A stretch of DNA of 64,000 bases from a bacterium (GCA_965261595.1 CBDHDG010000007.1:512001-576000), one strand, 5' to 3'. Counted from the stretch's first letter, positions 37,699-48,236 are shown. Made by a program: numbers and translations. Notes: a model not told the origin generated them from the letters alone.

Positions 37699-38304
37699 GG
37701 TCGAATACCCTCACCCGAGTGTCCAATAACCCAGGGGCGGTCCAGTCTGCGTCTCGAATCGGCTCATCTGGCTGGTGGAGGCAGCGGTGTGATACTTCGC
37801 TCGCCCCCCAACCACCTGACGCATGGCGGGATCGACACAGAGCCGCTCGGCATCATTGGTGTCTTTATATCCTGCCAGGCGGCTGTAGACCGACTGGCGC
37901 ACCAAAGCGGTGAGGCTGTGCCGGGTGTTCCCGCCCGTCCGTGAATCGGACAGAAACCCCTCGGCCGCCTTCGTCAGCCCCAACACCTCATCCAGTTCAC
38001 GATAGGCAAGCAAACCGGCGTCACTCGTAACCTTTGCTCCGTGAAACTCCAGCCTGAGCCGACCGTCGAATTGGAGCCTCAACGGCCTCTTTTTCGCTTC
38101 ACCCATCGGGTCCCCTCGCAAGATGATGGCAGGGAGAGGACAACACCTTGATTTTACACGAGAAAACGGCCTTCGGGGCGTTAAAAATTATCATCCATAT
38201 GGGAAATGCGGGTTTACTCCCCCCCCAGCAAAACATCCCTGGCGGGCGAGTTGGTTCAAACGTTGCTTGCCGTTTGTGGAAATGGGCTGAAAGGGGAAAT
38301 TTGC

Positions 38305-39595
38305 TCAGGAAGGAGGGACTTCCGCCCGGCCGAGGCGATACGCCAGGGTCTCGGCAATGAGCTTGGCCCCGTTCGGGTCCGGGTGAATGTAATCCCAGAT
38401 GAAAAATTGGCCCGGGTCGGGGTAACGCTTGAAGGCCCCTTCGATGTCGCAGACCGGAATCGTACGTACGGCGGCGATTTCCCGGATGGCGCGGTTCAAC
38501 GCGGCCAGTGAGCCGCTTTCCAGGATGTGCCGCGCGCCGGGGTGGTTCCACTGAACGGGCAGGGTCATGAGCATCGCGCCGGCGCCCGCCGCCTTGATGT
38601 TATCGAGGAGGTGATTGATGTTGGCCTGATACCACCCCATGACGGCGGGCAGGTCGATGGACACCTTGAAGCGCGGAGAGGCGGCCCGGACGGCCGCCTT
38701 TCGGCGTCCACCCTGATTGCCGCCGCTTTCCGGCCGACCCGGCGCCCGCTCAACGCCTGTCTTTTTTTCCCGCGCCGCGGCCGCCGTTCTTTTTTCGGGC
38801 TCTTCCATTTTATTCGCCTTGCTTTTCCGGACCGATCTCTCCCTCTCCCGCTTGTAGAAATATTCGATGTCTTTGTACCAGACCTTCCCAATAAATTCCC
38901 GGAGCCGGTGGGCGAAGGAGCTGTAGTTCAAGATAAAAAGCGTAACGCGCTCGACCAGGTCCACGCGCCTGGAAAGGCCGGGTTCGGATTCCACCGGGCG
39001 GTTTACGTTTTCCGGCAGAGGCCGTTCCCCGGGTTGCGGGTTTGGGGCCGGGCCGGTTTGGCGTCGAGACCTTCTCTGTCCGGAGTGAATCCTGTTTTTT
39101 TGCTGTGAGGACTGTTCTTAAGTTTTTATCGTAGTCGTTGTACCCACTGAAGATGATGTAGTAATCCGGACGGAATTGCTTTGCCGCCGGGAATCACCGT
39201 TTGAGCAGCATTTCAGAGGTCGCGTGAGGCTCCCCGAAATTGATGACTTCGACCCGGGATTTCCCGACCTTCCGCCGCAGGATGGTTTCCAGTTGGGCGG
39301 GCCACGTTTTGGAGTCGGATTCGATCCCCCAACCAGAACGTCGTGGACCCCCCAACGCGATAATTCGAAATACACCCGTCCGTTTATTTTCGGACATCTC
39401 CCTTCCCCGGTATGGCAGCGGCCCCAGACCGAATCGCAGGGCCTTGGTCGGGGTGGTGTAGAGGTGCTTTTTGTTTCCGGTGTCGAGATACGTCTTGACC
39501 CGGGCGTAGCCTTCCAACAGGACGATGAACAGAAGTAAAACAAGGCAGGCAAAGAACACCTTCTTCGCGGCCGAGGTTTTTGTGGTCGATCCCAT
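38305..39595 (-). pseudogene. SGNH/GDSL hydrolase family, disrupted
   Basis: N-terminal TM, FRIIALGG(STT out of frame), VEVINFG, in-frame TGA at 39194-39196 before FRPDYYIIFSGYND, further frame break, C-terminal DYIHPDPNG. Confidence 0.75.
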
Positions 39596-39885
39596 GGGCT
39601 TCGGTCGGTCAACGGGGGAAATGAATCCACAGTCCGGACGCCCGATGCGCCGGTCCATCGGGAGAATTTCAGCGGCCGGGAAGAGATGAAGTGTATCACA
39701 GAGAAATCATCCGGGCGAAGGAATCAGCCGCCGCCGGCGCCTTTGTCGTTCCGGCCCGTCCCCCGCTTCACCCATTCTCCAATGCGGAGCACCGGGCGGG
39801 CGTCCGCGTCTCTCGGATATCGAGCTCGCCGAACCGGATTCACGGTGCGGATGAGCTCAAATTTCACCCGATATCCCGAAGCGGA

Positions 39886-39915
39886 TTGACAGGACGCCCG
39901 GTGCGTCCCTAGGAT
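39886..39915 (+). promoter_or_regulatory. Sigma70-like promoter with palindrome in the spacer
   Basis: TTGACA-18 bp-TAGGAT; spacer contains GGACGC-N5-GCGTCC. Confidence 0.5.
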
Positions 39916-39963
39916 GATTAACATTCTCCGGCCGATTCATCGAGAACCGCCAAGGAGCTATCC

Positions 39964-40677
39964 ATGGCCTATCCGGGACACCGCATTGTCGATCTCACCC
40001 AGGACCTCTACGAGGGGCAGCCCATCTTCGTCGGGCATCCGGAAACCAAGGTCTGGTCCTGCATGACCCATGAAGAATCAGCCGCGTCGGGGCGGTTCAC
40101 CGGGGAGATGAGCTACACGGCGAAGGTGGTCCAGCTTTGCGAGCACGGCCCGACGCACGTGGATTCGATCAGCCACATCGACCCCCGGCCCGAGGCCCCC
40201 GCCATCGACCGGATGTCCCTCGATTTTTTTTACAATGAGGCGATTTGTCTCGACCTCTCCGACGCCGCTTCCCGCACCTCCATCGCCCGGGAGCGAATAG
40301 AAGAGGAGCTGGACAAAACCGGCCTGGAGATCCCCGAGGGCGGAACCGTCCTGTATCACCTCGGGCATTATCAGAGGACTTATCCTCATCCGGAATATTC
40401 GACGGCCTACGCCGGCCTGAGCCGGGAGGCGGCGGAGTTCATCTACGTGGAAAAGGGCGCGGCCAATATCGGAACGGACGCGCCCAGCATCGACAACGCG
40501 GCGGATCCGGCGTTTCCCTGCCACGTCATTTGCCGGCATCATCAAAAGACCAACACCGAAAATCTTTGCAACCTGGAATCGGTGGCGGGCCGGGGGTTTC
40601 TGTTCATCGCGCTTCCCCTCAAGATCCGTGAAGGCACCGGGTCGCCCGTCCGGGCCGTCGCCGTCTTCGGCGCATGA
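39964..40677 (+). CDS. Cyclase / kynurenine formamidase-like hydrolase
   Basis: IVDLTQ, EHGPTHVDS..H, GTDAPSID, ENL, GTGSPVRAVA. Confidence 0.9.
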   Translation: MAYPGHRIVDLTQDLYEGQPIFVGHPETKVWSCMTHEESAASGRFTGEMSYTAKVVQLCEHGPTHVDSISHIDPRPEAPAIDRMSLDFFYNEAICLDLSDAASRTSIARERIEEELDKTGLEIPEGGTVLYHLGHYQRTYPHPEYSTAYAGLSREAAEFIYVEKGAANIGTDAPSIDNAADPAFPCHVICRHHQKTNTENLCNLESVAGRGFLFIALPLKIREGTGSPVRAVAVFGA

Positions 40678-40740
40678 GCCGCGCCGGGACGCGCGACCGT
40701 GCGCCCCCACTCAACAAATTGAATTGAGGAAACAGAATTC

Positions 40741-43029
40741 ATGGTCATCGAGCACACCGTCGTCGGCAAGAAACTCCCCATGGTGGACGCGAAGGAAAAG
40801 GTCTCGGGAAACGGTGAATACATCGCGGACATGACCCTTCCGGGCATGCTCCACGGAAGGATGCTCCGCAGCCCCCACCCCCACGCCCGGATCCTGAACA
40901 TCGACGCCTCGGCGGCCGAGAAAGTCCCCGGGGTTCGGGCCATCCTGACCGGCCGGAGCTCCCCCCAGCCCAAGTTCGGCATCTCCACCCTGGACGAGAC
41001 CCCTTTCGCCACAGACAAGGTCCGCTACGTGGGGGACGAAGTCGCCGGCGTCGCCGCCGAGTCGGAGGACGCCCTCGAGGAGGCCCTGTCCAAGATCGCC
41101 GTTGATTACGAGGTGATCCCCTCCGTCATCGACCCCCTGGAGGCCCTCGAGGCGGGGGCCCCCCTCGTCCACGAGGACAAGCCGGGCAACGTGGCGTATG
41201 CCTTCGAGATCGAGCGCGGCGACGTGAACGGGGCGTTTCAGCGCGCGGACAAGGTTTTCGAGGAGCGCTATCGCACCCACCTCACCCACCAGGCCTATCT
41301 GGAGCCGACCGGGGCCATCGGCGCCTTCGAGAACGGCAAGCTCAAGGTGTGGGGCTGCCTTCAGTCCATTTTCGCCATCCGGCCTTATCTGCTCTCGCGG
41401 CCCATGGGCATCCCCCTGGACGACATCACCGTGATCCAGACCCGCCCGGGCGGCGCGTTCGGCGGCAAGCTGGATGTGAAGCTGGCCCTTCTGGTCTCGC
41501 TCCTGAGCCGCGAGGCGGGCGCGCCCGTCCGCTCCGTCCTGACGCTGGAAGAAGACCTCATCAGCATGCGGCCCCGGATGCCGGCCATCCTGGATATCCA
41601 ATCGGCCTTCACCCGGGCGGGGGAGTTCCTGGGCAAGAAGGTCCGGGTCGTCGCCGACAACGGGGGGTACAGCAGCCTCTCCCCGCAGATCATGAGCTCC
41701 CTCGCCCTGCGGACGGATTCCCTGTACCGCACGCCGGCCGTGCGAATCGACGCCAAGCTCGCCTACACCAACACCGAGCCCACCGGCCAGATGCGGGGGT
41801 TCGGGAACCTCCAGGCCACCTTCGCCTGGGAGAGCCACCTGGACCATGTGGCCGAGGGGCTCGGCATGGACCCGGTGGACCTACGGCTGAAAAACCTCAC
41901 CCACACCGGGGACACCTCCATCCACGGATGGAAGATCATCAGCTGCGGGATCTCCGATTGCCTGAAAAAAGCGGCCGAAGCGATTCAGTGGAAGGAGATC
42001 CGAAGCCGGCGCGAGCCCGGCCGGGGCGTGGGACTGGCCTGCTGCATCCACGTGACGGGGAACCGGGGGTTCAGCGCCTCCCTCGTAGACAAGGACGAAG
42101 ACCCCTCCGAGACCGAGATCCTGATCCGCGAGGACGGCAAGGTGGAAATCCGCTCGGGCGAGTGCGACTTGGGGGAGGGCGGGACAACGGTCATGGCCCT
42201 TGTCGCCGCGGAAGAGCTCGGCCTGCCCTACGAAGACATGGTCGCCTCGGCGCACGACACCTCGATGGTCCCGTTCGGCCTGGGGGCCTTCGCCAGCCGC
42301 ATCACCCTCATGGGCGGGGCGGCGACGCGAGACGCCGCCGTCAACGCCCGGGGGGCGCTCCTGGAGGCCGCGGCGCAGGCCCTCGAGGCGAGCCCGGAGG
42401 AAATCGAGATCGACGGCCGAAGCCTCTTCGTGCGGGGCGCCCCGGCCCGGTCCCTGTCCGTCGGGGAGGTCGTCCGCTTCACCGGCAAGGCGGCCATCTC
42501 CGCGATGGGCCGATTCCAGGCGGGGGGGGACATCCTCGATCCCAAGGACAAGTACGGAAACGCCTCGACGACGTACTCCTTCTCCGTCCACGCGGCCGAC
42601 GTGAGCGTGGACCTGGAGACCGGAGAGGTGAAGATCAACCGCGTCGTCGCCGCCCATGACCCGGGCAAGGTCATCAACCTGTTGGGCGCCGAGGGCCAGG
42701 TCGAAGGGGGCGCGGCCCAGGGGGCCGCATACGCCGTTCTGGAAGAGCTGGTCAAGGACGGGACCGGGAAGATCCTCAACAACAACTTCGAGGGCTACCT
42801 GCTGCCGACCTCCATGGACGCGTTTGACGTGGATTCCATTTGGGTGGAGACCATCGATCCGGTGGGCCCGTTCGGCGCGAAAGGGCTGGCCGAGACAGCC
42901 ATCAACCCCACGCCCGCCGCCGTGGCCAACGCCGTGCACAACGCCACCGGGGTCCGAATCCGCCGCCTTCCGATCACGCCGGAGAAGATCGTCGACGGGC
43001 TGCGGGGGGGCAGGAACGGGGATCAGTGA
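40741..43029 (+). CDS. Xanthine dehydrogenase family molybdopterin-binding large subunit
   Basis: LRSPHPHARI, GGAFGGK, MRGFG, GQVEGG, GPFGAKGLAE, NAVHNATGVRIRRLPITPE. Confidence 0.94.
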   Translation: MVIEHTVVGKKLPMVDAKEKVSGNGEYIADMTLPGMLHGRMLRSPHPHARILNIDASAAEKVPGVRAILTGRSSPQPKFGISTLDETPFATDKVRYVGDEVAGVAAESEDALEEALSKIAVDYEVIPSVIDPLEALEAGAPLVHEDKPGNVAYAFEIERGDVNGAFQRADKVFEERYRTHLTHQAYLEPTGAIGAFENGKLKVWGCLQSIFAIRPYLLSRPMGIPLDDITVIQTRPGGAFGGKLDVKLALLVSLLSREAGAPVRSVLTLEEDLISMRPRMPAILDIQSAFTRAGEFLGKKVRVVADNGGYSSLSPQIMSSLALRTDSLYRTPAVRIDAKLAYTNTEPTGQMRGFGNLQATFAWESHLDHVAEGLGMDPVDLRLKNLTHTGDTSIHGWKIISCGISDCLKKAAEAIQWKEIRSRREPGRGVGLACCIHVTGNRGFSASLVDKDEDPSETEILIREDGKVEIRSGECDLGEGGTTVMALVAAEELGLPYEDMVASAHDTSMVPFGLGAFASRITLMGGAATRDAAVNARGALLEAAAQALEASPEEIEIDGRSLFVRGAPARSLSVGEVVRFTGKAAISAMGRFQAGGDILDPKDKYGNASTTYSFSVHAADVSVDLETGEVKINRVVAAHDPGKVINLLGAEGQVEGGAAQGAAYAVLEELVKDGTGKILNNNFEGYLLPTSMDAFDVDSIWVETIDPVGPFGAKGLAETAINPTPAAVANAVHNATGVRIRRLPITPEKIVDGLRGGRNGDQ

Positions 43030-43104
43030 TTACTTGAATGACCATGTGGACGGTGCGCGGAACCGGAGCCCCTGCCTTCGCCGTGTCCATGAAAGGAACC
43101 TTCC

Positions 43105-43920
43105 ATGCCCGAGAAAAGACCTTGGATTCTCCAGGAAATCACCTGGCCGGAGGTGGAGGCCTACCTGAAGCGCGACGACATCATCCTCCTTCCCGTAGGC
43201 AGCGTCGAGCAGCATGCACACCACATGCCCCTGGGGACCGACTCTTACACGGCCATCGGGTTCGCCGAGGACGCCGCCCGGGCGGCCGACGTCCTGTGCG
43301 CCGCGCCGCTTTGGTACGGCTGGGCGACCCACCACATGGGCTACCCGGGGACGGTCACCCTCAAGCCCGAGACGTTCATCGACTTGGTCTTCGAAGTGGG
43401 CGTCAGCCTCATCCACCACGGGTTCAAGAAGATTGTCATCGTCAACGGGAACGCCCAGGCCAACCTGCCGCCCATGCACATCGCCGCCAACAAGCTGGCC
43501 AACGAGACGAACGCGGCCGCCGTCGTCGTGGACCCCTGGGACATCGGGGACGCCGTCTCCCGGGAGCTGATGGCCGGAGCGCCCGGCGGCATGGGGCACG
43601 CCTCTCAGCATGAATGCTCCCAGATGCTTCACCTGCATCCGCACCTGTGCGACATGAGCAAGGCCCAAGCCTGTGTGTGGGAGCAACGGGAGTTCCACTT
43701 CTCGGACCACTACGTCGTCGGCAACCGTGTCCACTTCGCCAAGACGCCCGAATCCTTCCGGGAGGCGACCCTGCCGACCGGCGCGTTCGGCGACCCGGGC
43801 CACTGCACGGCTGAGAAAGGAAAGATCTTCCACGAGACGATCGTCGCGAACATCGTCAAGGTGATTCAGGAGCTTCGGGAGACGAAGGTCGAGATCCGGC
43901 CGCGGCGGTTTGTCTTTTAA
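43105..43920 (+). CDS. Creatininase family amidohydrolase
   Basis: PVGSVEQHAHHMPLGTD, HHMGYPGT, VNG, GHA..E. Confidence 0.9.
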   Translation: MPEKRPWILQEITWPEVEAYLKRDDIILLPVGSVEQHAHHMPLGTDSYTAIGFAEDAARAADVLCAAPLWYGWATHHMGYPGTVTLKPETFIDLVFEVGVSLIHHGFKKIVIVNGNAQANLPPMHIAANKLANETNAAAVVVDPWDIGDAVSRELMAGAPGGMGHASQHECSQMLHLHPHLCDMSKAQACVWEQREFHFSDHYVVGNRVHFAKTPESFREATLPTGAFGDPGHCTAEKGKIFHETIVANIVKVIQELRETKVEIRPRRFVF

Positions 43921-44144
43921 CCTGCATTTCTCACAAAGATTGGCTGAAACAGCCCGTTCTCCGCGCGGGCGTGTGACGGGCTGGCTCCTACGGTGCAAGA
44001 CACTGTAGACTCGTAGGGGCAAGTCCAGCCCAAAAAGCCTCTCTCTCTCTCAACCTGGACCCGTTTCAGGGGAGCAGGTCAAACTTATAAAGTGGTAGAA
44101 CTTTAGAGGTTTGGTTAAGAAGACGAGAATGGAAAGGTTTTTGA

Positions 44145-45500
44145 TCAAATGGGGGATCGATACTCGAAGCCACGGGTTTTTTCTTTGAACTCTCTTTGTA
44201 TTTTCTTCAACTCTGCTGGGTTGGTGATGAGGTCTAAAGCTGTGCAGGCGATGACTTTGCTCGCTACCTTCATCCCCTTGAAGCCGATCCCCGAGCCGAA
44301 CTGAACGGTGGCGTCCCAGGAATGTTCCGGCGTCCCGGGGGCGCGGCATGAGGTATAGAAAAGACTCAAGGGTGCAAGCCAGCTGACATTGCCCTGGTCA
44401 TTGGCATACGGAGAAGATCCCTCCCGCGGGACATCCACTTTTTCCTTCAGGGGCCGCTTGTAGCCCAATCGGCGCGCCAGGGTTTTGTCTTCAGCTGAGA
44501 ACTTAGGACCACCGACCCATCTCAAGTTCTGATCGATCAAATTTCCCAAAGCAATGTTGGGCAGGCTTTGGTACGTGGCCGCCTGCAGTTTGATCCGCAC
44601 GCGGGTTTTCGTCGCCCGCGCCGCACCCTGAGCAATCCGTCTTGTCTCCGACGTCACGTAATCGGTTTGGGTCCGACTCGGTTTCCAAATCCAGTACCAG
44701 GATTTGGCATAAGGGAGAATAACGCCCGGATACTGACCCGCTTCTGGGATCACATAGTGGAATCCCGTCCCGGGCGGAACTTGGCCGCGCAGTCGGTTCA
44801 CGCCCGCGTTCATGAGTTCGACCGCGCCTAAGGCGCTTTGCCCCAGTTCCGGATCAATCTGGGCGTGGGCGCTTTTCCCGAAGAACTCAAATGTGACGGA
44901 ATCCAGAGATTTACAGGCGCTGTAGTCAGCGAGATTCCCTTCACCCGGGTGCCACGTGAGCACGGCATCCAGCCCCGCGAAGACCCCCGCATTCGCCATG
45001 ACAACTTTGCCGTACAGGATCTCCTCGGCTGGTGTTCCGAACACCCTCACTGTTCCGCGAACCCGGTTCTTTTCCAAAATCTCCTTGACGGCGATCCCCG
45101 CTGAGACGCTGGCCGTGCCGAACAGGTTGTGTCCGCAGCCGTGGCCGTTGTCCGTCTTTTTTGGACCACAGTTTGGAACCGCGTCGTACTCCGCCAGAAT
45201 TCCAATTTGTGACTTCCCCTTCCCCCAGCGGCCCTCGAAAGAAGTGGGCAAACCTGCAAGACCGGTCTTGACCTGAAACCCCGCCTCCTGAAGTTCTTCT
45301 ACCAGAAAGGCAGATGAGCGGGACTCCTCAAGGCTCAACTCGGGGGTTTCCCAGATTCGCTTGGCCAAGGCATTCATGTGGGCCGTTCTTTTTTCCAGAA
45401 ACCCCACGGCCTGCCGCTTATAGGCGGAACCATCCGCCTTGGCCCAACCCTGCGGACCTCCCACTTTTAGAGGGGACACGCCTACCCCTTTCCTTGTCAT
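44145..45500 (-). CDS. M20 family amidohydrolase (AbgB-like)
   Basis: IWETPEL..EE, AEYDA, GHGCGHNLFG, GTPAEE, WHP. Confidence 0.85.
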   Translation of the reverse strand: MTRKGVGVSPLKVGGPQGWAKADGSAYKRQAVGFLEKRTAHMNALAKRIWETPELSLEESRSSAFLVEELQEAGFQVKTGLAGLPTSFEGRWGKGKSQIGILAEYDAVPNCGPKKTDNGHGCGHNLFGTASVSAGIAVKEILEKNRVRGTVRVFGTPAEEILYGKVVMANAGVFAGLDAVLTWHPGEGNLADYSACKSLDSVTFEFFGKSAHAQIDPELGQSALGAVELMNAGVNRLRGQVPPGTGFHYVIPEAGQYPGVILPYAKSWYWIWKPSRTQTDYVTSETRRIAQGAARATKTRVRIKLQAATYQSLPNIALGNLIDQNLRWVGGPKFSAEDKTLARRLGYKRPLKEKVDVPREGSSPYANDQGNVSWLAPLSLFYTSCRAPGTPEHSWDATVQFGSGIGFKGMKVASKVIACTALDLITNPAELKKIQREFKEKTRGFEYRSPI

Positions 45501-45586
45501 AGCCAACTACTCTCTTTCACCCGTGGACCCAAAAATCGAACGGATTTCAATCTTCCTGTCAGCTGATAAGAATTCAGCGGATGGGC

Positions 45587-46105
45587 CTATTTGGGGATGT
45601 GACCGATGATCCCTTGGACCAGGAAATTCATCGAATTCAGATCCTTTTCGGATATCCTTTTTCCCGCAGGGATCCGGACTTTGCCCGACTGGTCCTTTAT
45701 GGGTCCGGTGAACGGTGTGAACTTGCCCGCGATCAGTTCCGCCTTCTTGCGGTCGACCATCTCCCGGGTGTCATGGGGCACCATGGGCCCATAGGGGGCC
45801 AACCCCGCAACCCCGTCCTTCATCGAAGGGGAATACATCGCACTCTTCCAAGTCCCATCGTGAACCGCGCCTGCGATCTTCTTGTAGAAGGAACTCCAGT
45901 TGAAAATGGGCGCCGTTAGGTGCGCTTTGGGGGCGAATGCCGACATGTCGGAGTAAGCGCCAACACTATATTTTCCGCGACGCTGGGCCGTCTGTTGGAC
46001 CGCAGGGGAGTTGAAGTACTGACCCAGTACGTCCGCCCCGATATCCATCAGGCTCTCAGCAACTTCACGCTCTTTGGCCGGGTCGTACCTCCTCACGGCT
46101 TTCAA
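45587..46105 (-). pseudogene. BMP-family substrate-binding lipoprotein, C-terminal fragment
   Basis: DPAKEREVAESL...GADV, FTGPIKDQSGKVRIPAG, MNFLVQGIIG; N-terminal half and signal absent. Confidence 0.7.
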
Positions 46106-46239
46106 CGGGAATTTCCCATTTCAACCTCCGCCGATGTCCTTCCGGTCCCTTTTGTGATTTATTAATTAGACGTCCCTCCAATGGCCTTGTCAAAAACTTC
46201 TCGAGGCCCCCAACGGGGCAAGCCCCCTGGCTATATTAA

Positions 46240-46315
46240 GGGGACACCATACTTATTTCTGACTGTGAGTTGAGGGAACGCCATACATATTTCTGGAATT
46301 ATGTATGGTGTCCCC
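46240..46315. repeat. Cluster of ~20-bp direct and inverted repeats (REP-like)
   Basis: GGGGACACCATACTTATTTCTG, GGGAACGCCATACATATTTCTG and inverted GAATTATGTATGGTGTCCCC. Confidence 0.7.
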
Positions 46316-46590
46316 AAATCCACGCCAACCGAGGCCCTTCGCCATACCGGACGCCGGCCGGGGGTAACGGTCATTTGCACGGGCCGGGACCCCCTGCCTC
46401 CGCAGAGGGCAGGCTTGGACCGGCCCGTTTACCTTCACGCGACGGAGAAGGACACTTTTTGGATGACGCCCACCGCGGCCGAACCTCAGCAAACGTGCGA
46501 GAGAAGGGGTCGGGGATCATCCTTTACGCGTTGAGGCCAAGCGGTTTCGCTGGCGCAATCCCGCCGGTCACGGTGTATAATCAGATCGGT

Positions 46591-46606
46591 TGGCAAGTAA
46601 TTTGCT
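46591..46606 (+). promoter_or_regulatory. Putative sigma54 (-24/-12) promoter
   Basis: TGGCAAG-TAAT-TTGCT with GG-N10-GC spacing, ~75 bp upstream of the dioxygenase. Confidence 0.55.
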
Positions 46607-46679
46607 CTAATTTTACGCATGAAGCGGTCCGGGTCCCGGCGTCCCGGCAATCTCCCAACCCACGAGGAGACGGCAAGGC

Positions 46680-47294
46680 ATGAACGAACCCGACTGCACC
46701 CCCGCATGTACAATCAGCGCCGCGGTCTTCGACGAGTTCGTCGGAGAAATCGCCCTCGGCCTGAAGTCCTCCCGTAACGATGACGAATCCACCGCGGTGG
46801 TCGAAGGGGCCCTGCCGAGGCTTCTGAAAGACGGCGGGTGGCTCCCCCCCGAGAACCGCGCGCCCAACCCCGACACCTACGCCCGAAACCTGATCCACCG
46901 CGACCCCGAGCTCGGGTTCGTCGTCGTCGCCATGGTGTGGCAGCCTGGACAGGGGACCCCCGTCCACGACCACTCCGGGATCTGGTGCGTCGAAGGGGTC
47001 CTGGAAGGGTCCGTCCGGATCACCCAGTACGACCCGGTGGAGAATGAAAGCCCGGCGGAGTCATTCCAACTCCGGCAATCGGGGCGGTTTGAATCCCGCA
47101 TCGGGGACACGGGAAGGTTGATTCCGCCCTTCGAGTTTCACAAGATCGAGAACGTGAGCGACCGGACGGCCATCACCATCCACGTCTACGGGAAAGACCT
47201 CGTCGACTGCCGAATCTTCGAAGACCTGGGAAACGGCTCGTTCGCGGCGAAGTCCATCCAGATGCAATACAATCCCGCGGCGCTCCCCGGCTGA
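46680..47294 (+). CDS. Cysteine/thiol dioxygenase family protein
   Basis: YARNLI, WQPGQGTPVHDH..W, FHKIEN, TIHVY. Confidence 0.88.
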   Translation: MNEPDCTPACTISAAVFDEFVGEIALGLKSSRNDDESTAVVEGALPRLLKDGGWLPPENRAPNPDTYARNLIHRDPELGFVVVAMVWQPGQGTPVHDHSGIWCVEGVLEGSVRITQYDPVENESPAESFQLRQSGRFESRIGDTGRLIPPFEFHKIENVSDRTAITIHVYGKDLVDCRIFEDLGNGSFAAKSIQMQYNPAALPG

Positions 47295-47321
47295 GCCCTC
47301 CCCTCGGAAGAAGGCCCCCCG

Positions 47322-47936
47322 ATGACCTCACAACGAGGCTTGTACGAAGATGTCACGGGCGTCATTCTCGCGGGCGGAAAGAGCCGCAGGATGGGGACCG
47401 ACAAGGCCCTTCTGGAGGTGGACGGCATCCCGCTCATCGAGCGGGTCGCCCGCGTCTTCCGCGGGCTGTTCAGCCGAAACATCCTTGTCACCAACAATCC
47501 GAGCCTGTACCCGGAGCTCGGCTTCCCGGTTTATCGGGACGTCCACCCGGATCGGGCCTCGTTGGTGGGGATCTACACCGGTCTGCTGAAAGCGGAAACG
47601 CCGCACGTCTTTTGCGCGTCGTGCGACATGCCCTTTCTGAATGAGTCTCTCATCCGGTTCCTGGCGGACCTGAGAGCGGAGTTCGACCTGGTGCTTCCCT
47701 TCTCAGACCAGGGGCGCGAGCCCCTCCACGCCATTTACGGGCAGGCCTGCGTCGCCCCCATGGAGAAACTGATCGAAGAAGACCGCCTGGCTATCAGGGG
47801 GATTTTCGACCAGGTCCGGACGCGCAGGGTCGAGCCCGAGGAGGCGGCCGCCTTCGACCCGAAGCTCCTCTCATTCATGAACTGCAACACCCCCGAGGAC
47901 CTGGAAGCCGCGACGGCGCTGGCAAAGGAGATGTGA
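47322..47936 (+). CDS. mobA: Molybdenum cofactor guanylyltransferase
   Basis: GVILAGGKSRRMGTDKA, CDMPF, EPLHAIY, NCNTPEDL. Confidence 0.9.
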   Translation: MTSQRGLYEDVTGVILAGGKSRRMGTDKALLEVDGIPLIERVARVFRGLFSRNILVTNNPSLYPELGFPVYRDVHPDRASLVGIYTGLLKAETPHVFCASCDMPFLNESLIRFLADLRAEFDLVLPFSDQGREPLHAIYGQACVAPMEKLIEEDRLAIRGIFDQVRTRRVEPEEAAAFDPKLLSFMNCNTPEDLEAATALAKEM

Positions 47937-48182
47937 AGGAATCGCGGGGGGCGAAGGCTGAGGCCCCGCGGGGGGGAGGAGGGGTTTTCAACGGGGTCTC
48001 CGGCTCCGAGACATAAGAGAACGAAGCGGGATCCCGCAATCGGTTTTCGTTGCGCCGGCTCCCTGAAAATACTGACCCGCCGCTGCCTGTCTTGCCCCAC
48101 TCAAACAGGTCTTTGATGAACTGAAAAGGGAAGTGACGATGTCCTCCCTACGCCGATGATTTTCTCCCCCCTTTGCCGACAC

Positions 48183-48212
48183 TTGACAAATCCTGGGCGG
48201 ATTTGCGAAAAT
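48183..48212 (+). promoter_or_regulatory. Sigma70-like promoter upstream of the ino1 leader
   Basis: TTGACA-18 bp-GAAAAT with TGn extension. Confidence 0.45.
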
Positions 48213-48236
48213 GCACCGTTCGTTCTTCCAACGTAT

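Larger units (their letters stand above)
36341..37744 (+). mobile_element. IS3-family element copy B (1404 bp)
   Basis: Near-identical to copy A; 3-bp TSD GTC (36338-36340, 37745-37747). Confidence 0.93.
35111..38212 (-). mobile_element. IS1380-family element, transposase disrupted by IS3 copy B
   Basis: IRs CCGGGATTTCCCAGATG / CCCGCATTTCCCATATG; N-terminal part ~37745-38106 (VTSDAGLL) and C-terminal part 35351-~36340 (LDMDSS, RGDAAF, YNQRGTAEQWIKEGK). Confidence 0.92.

Noticed and set aside
33396..37744. Composite transposon formed by the two IS3 copies
   Set aside because: Each copy has its own TSD, showing independent insertions; the interval holds only IS debris
39194..39196. In-frame TGA in the SGNH gene as selenocysteine or alternative code
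   Set aside because: The gene has additional frameshifts, and TGA is used as a normal stop throughout the window
46240..46315. Possible mini CRISPR array
   Set aside because: Only two imperfect direct copies with a ~12-bp gap plus an inverted copy; no cas genes
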